Assembly (NCBI GenBank): GCA_036172245.1
Contig: JAYWIR010000001.1
Span: 11,718,001 to 11,782,000 of the forward strand
Reading direction: 5' to 3'
Length of the DNA: 64,000 nt
Origin: Raillietiella orientalis
Lineage: Eukaryota
Shown here: positions 61,488-64,000 of the stretch, in pieces
How positions within the stretch are numbered: position 1 is the first letter of the stretch
How the letters are laid out: every line of letters starts with the position of its first letter
The notes under the pieces: model-generated
Database searches by the model: none
What the model saw: the letters and a program-made list of their open reading frames with translations, nothing else
What the model was told of the DNA's origin: nothing
Made by a program: the position numbers and the translations under genes

Positions 61488-61526
61488 ATCGCCATGGCAA
61501 CATCATCACACAGCGGTTATTTATAG
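61488..61526 (-). promoter_or_regulatory. Candidate promoter elements upstream of the OtopLc-like gene: X-box-like ATCGCCATGGCAAC (61488-61501) and TATAAATA on the minus strand (61518-61525)
   Basis: Motif matches about 0.7 kb upstream of the ATG; no transcript evidence. Confidence 0.35.
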
Positions 61527-63145
61527 CCGACTCGTCGTAAAGGCGATGAGCGCAGCACGTCTCTCCTCCCACGGCTGGCGCGCGGCTGCGTTCGCCAGCG
61601 TCGCGGAGAGGTGAAACGATGGGGGTCGCCCCAAGAGTCTGGCGAACGCAGATTCACGGCGTTTCCTCCTAGACTAAGAAACGCCCGCCGCCCTCCCCTC
61701 CCTTCCGACTGGGTAGCATCCGGCCTAGGATGAAGACCCAAAGTACCGACTGCTTTCTTGAAGAGAGGCTGCCCCGCTTGCGTGGATGCTGTGCCATCGC
61801 CAACACCAGCGTGTTCGCGCCGAAAGCGATGCGCACGCGTGATATCGATCCGGGGGCGCTCTCGCTCACCTCCGAGCCGTCTTCCCACTCCTCGGGTGCA
61901 CAACTCTTGCGGTTCCCCAAAGTCCCCTCCCCCACTCTAGGCTGGTCCGATATTTTCCCTTTGTTCTTTCATCCCGCACGGATCCAGGGTCCGCTGCCTG
62001 ATCCGATCGCGACCTGATCCGGAGGTCCCGCGGTTTCCGAAGCGGGCAAACTCCCGCAACACCGCGAACGAATTTTCAAGGAAGCCGCGTGCATCCGGGA
62101 AACGAGGGAACGAGTCTCCGCCGCCAGGGAGACGCTGGTTCAGAAACCGCGTGGGAGAGGAGGGTGATGGCAAGCATGAGAAAGGGCGAAGCGAACGTTC
62201 CCAGTCTCTCTTCCATTCCCGGAGAAGCTCACGCGCCGATCGGGAAAAGGTTGTTTTTCCCGGAGGATGTCCGGATTTTGTCTCCAGCGAATCCTGCGAG
62301 AACGAAACGGGAGCGCCTCTGGATGCAGTGGCTGAAGAGGAAGGCGAGTCGGATGCGGAGCTGACGCCGAGTTGTGAGGGCAGCTCCTCCTTTTGTTCGT
62401 TGGACGAAAGCGAAAGGGGTTGCTGAGCTTCACACGGGAGCAGTGTCTCCGCGAGTTCCCTCCGGGACTCGAACCGTCTATCCTACGCTCGGCATCTGGA
62501 ATTTTCTCCAAGAGCGCGCTCGCCTGATTTCCTGCGTTGCGTAGGTCTGCAGGCGGAAGCGATTCGACTGCGGGGGTCTTTCTGGGGGTGCCCTAACCGG
62601 CGCTTCCAGTGGATGTCCCCCGTGACTTGGTCGGACGCCGCCATCAGCTGTTTCTTCCACGCCTTCCGTCAAACTTCCAACTATGGAAGTTCTAACTAAC
62701 TAAGTTCCTTCTAACTTCTGCTGCTCTTGAGATCTCCAGCAGGGATGGACTCATCCTCCTGGCTGTTGTCGAGCTGCATCCAAGCAGGAACCAAGACTCT
62801 CCTCGGGGGAGCTGCGCTCGCCTCCAGACAACCGCGGCGAGGAAGAGGCTGATAGCTGGCATCACCCTCCACGTTCCACGGTGCGCTACGTGACCGAGAG
62901 AGGGCGGTCGCCAGCCTTGAGTGGAAGGGGTGCCGGGCCGTACGGGTTCGAGCGGATCCACGTGTGCTGCTGCCAACGTTTGCCAAGCAACCCCTCCCCG
63001 CAGGACCTCCACACCCACAGGCGTCCAACTCCACTTCGGTGCTTGATCGCTGCGAAGACCAGGGGAAAGCACCCCCCGTCCTCCGCGCCTTGGCAGGGGA
63101 ACGTCAGTCGTGACGCACCGGCAGCGTCATAGATATATATATATA

Positions 63146-63179
63146 TGGGTTGCCACGGCGTCGACGCCGTGGCAACCCA
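63146..63179. repeat. Perfect 34-bp palindrome next to a (TA)n microsatellite
   Basis: tgggttgccacggcgtc|gacgccgtggcaaccca, no spacer; a TA run lies immediately to its left. Confidence 0.95.
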
Positions 63180-64000
63180 GAGGAAGAGAACGCGTTGGTG
63201 GCGCTGGGCTCCAGAGATCGGCAGATTCCGCCTTCCGCGGATGTGTCCGGGGAGACTGAGGGACGGATTGACCCTTTGGCCCAGGTCTGCGCTGCCCCCC
63301 TCCCGAAGCTGACCCGCCGCGACGCTTCGGTCAGGCGCCGCCGGCGACGATGCTCTACCGATCTTCCCGTTTGTTCCCTTTGCGGTTCGCTGCGCTGCAT
63401 CCTGGCGTCGTCCTTTCGCCCCGTGGAGGGGGGGGCACGGCCCACCGAAGCTCCAGGACTTGCAGTGACGTAATCGGGGATGGGCCGCGGCGCTGGAATC
63501 CCTCCGAATGGGAAGAGAGGAGCTGCTCTCGTCTCACCGTGGAAAGTTGTGTCGTTCCCTTCCCGCGTGCGGAAGGACTCCCGGGTCCCCGGCCGTCCAG
63601 GGATCAGGAGGAATCTCAGATTCTCCTGTGCTGTTCCCTCCCTGCTGCCCGAAGTCGCCTCCAGTCCGTGACTCCGAACGCGCCCAGCCGCTACCCTTCT
63701 GAAGGAACACGGGGTGCGGCCGGAAGCGAGGACCGTCACCCGGGCAAAGGTCGTGTCCTCGGTCCACATCGCCCTTCATCCTCGCGGAAAAAGAGAGCCT
63801 GCCTCCGTGGACCCGCAGAGAGTCCAAGTTGTCGGGCCCTGAATCCGCGGCAGCACCCTTTTGGGAGCGCGCCTCAGGCTACGGGAAGCGCTGCGTCGGG
63901 TGTTCTGCGCGTAGTTCCCGGGAAACCTGAGGTCGACGGAAGGTTCGCTGCCGCCGCCTCAGCTCTCCGCGAGCTATGCCGACGCATCATCCCGACGGCG

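Noticed and set aside
62692..63100. 126-aa minus ORF as a retroelement or gene fragment
   Set aside because: No diagnostic motif recognised; cannot be supported from the sequence alone.

Overview
Eukaryotic genomic DNA, probably arthropod (short GT-AG introns, CpG-rich, degenerate (TTAGG)n-like run, insect-like otopetrin termini); the species cannot be determined. The window holds two tandem, minus-strand, multi-exon otopetrin proton-channel genes that I could splice by hand into open frames. The OtopLc-like gene has CDS exons from 60778 down to 35894 (model 758 aa). The divergent OtopLa-like gene has exons from 26405 down to 10118 (model 740 aa). Their 5' exons are less certain than their transmembrane exons. 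The first ~9 kb is visibly less GC-rich and is a pile of decayed retroelements: an L1/Tx1-type LINE family (copies at ~4.1-5.8 kb, 6.5-8.6 kb, 8.7-8.9 kb and 50.9-51.7 kb) and a ~0.7 kb tRNA-headed SINE family (copies at 1.9, 17.6 and 52.0 kb). There is no CRISPR array, rRNA or intact tRNA. I see no clear evidence of a wholly new system. The best leads are: altered conserved channel residues in the OtopLa-like paralog; modular, alternative N-terminal exons and a 51-nt microexon; several RFX X-box-like palindromes across the locus; a LINE family with a shared non-poly(A) 3' end; and a perfect 34-bp palindrome. Most ORFs in the supplied track are GC-driven noise. All alignments were done by eye and family assignments rest on recalled motifs, not database searches.
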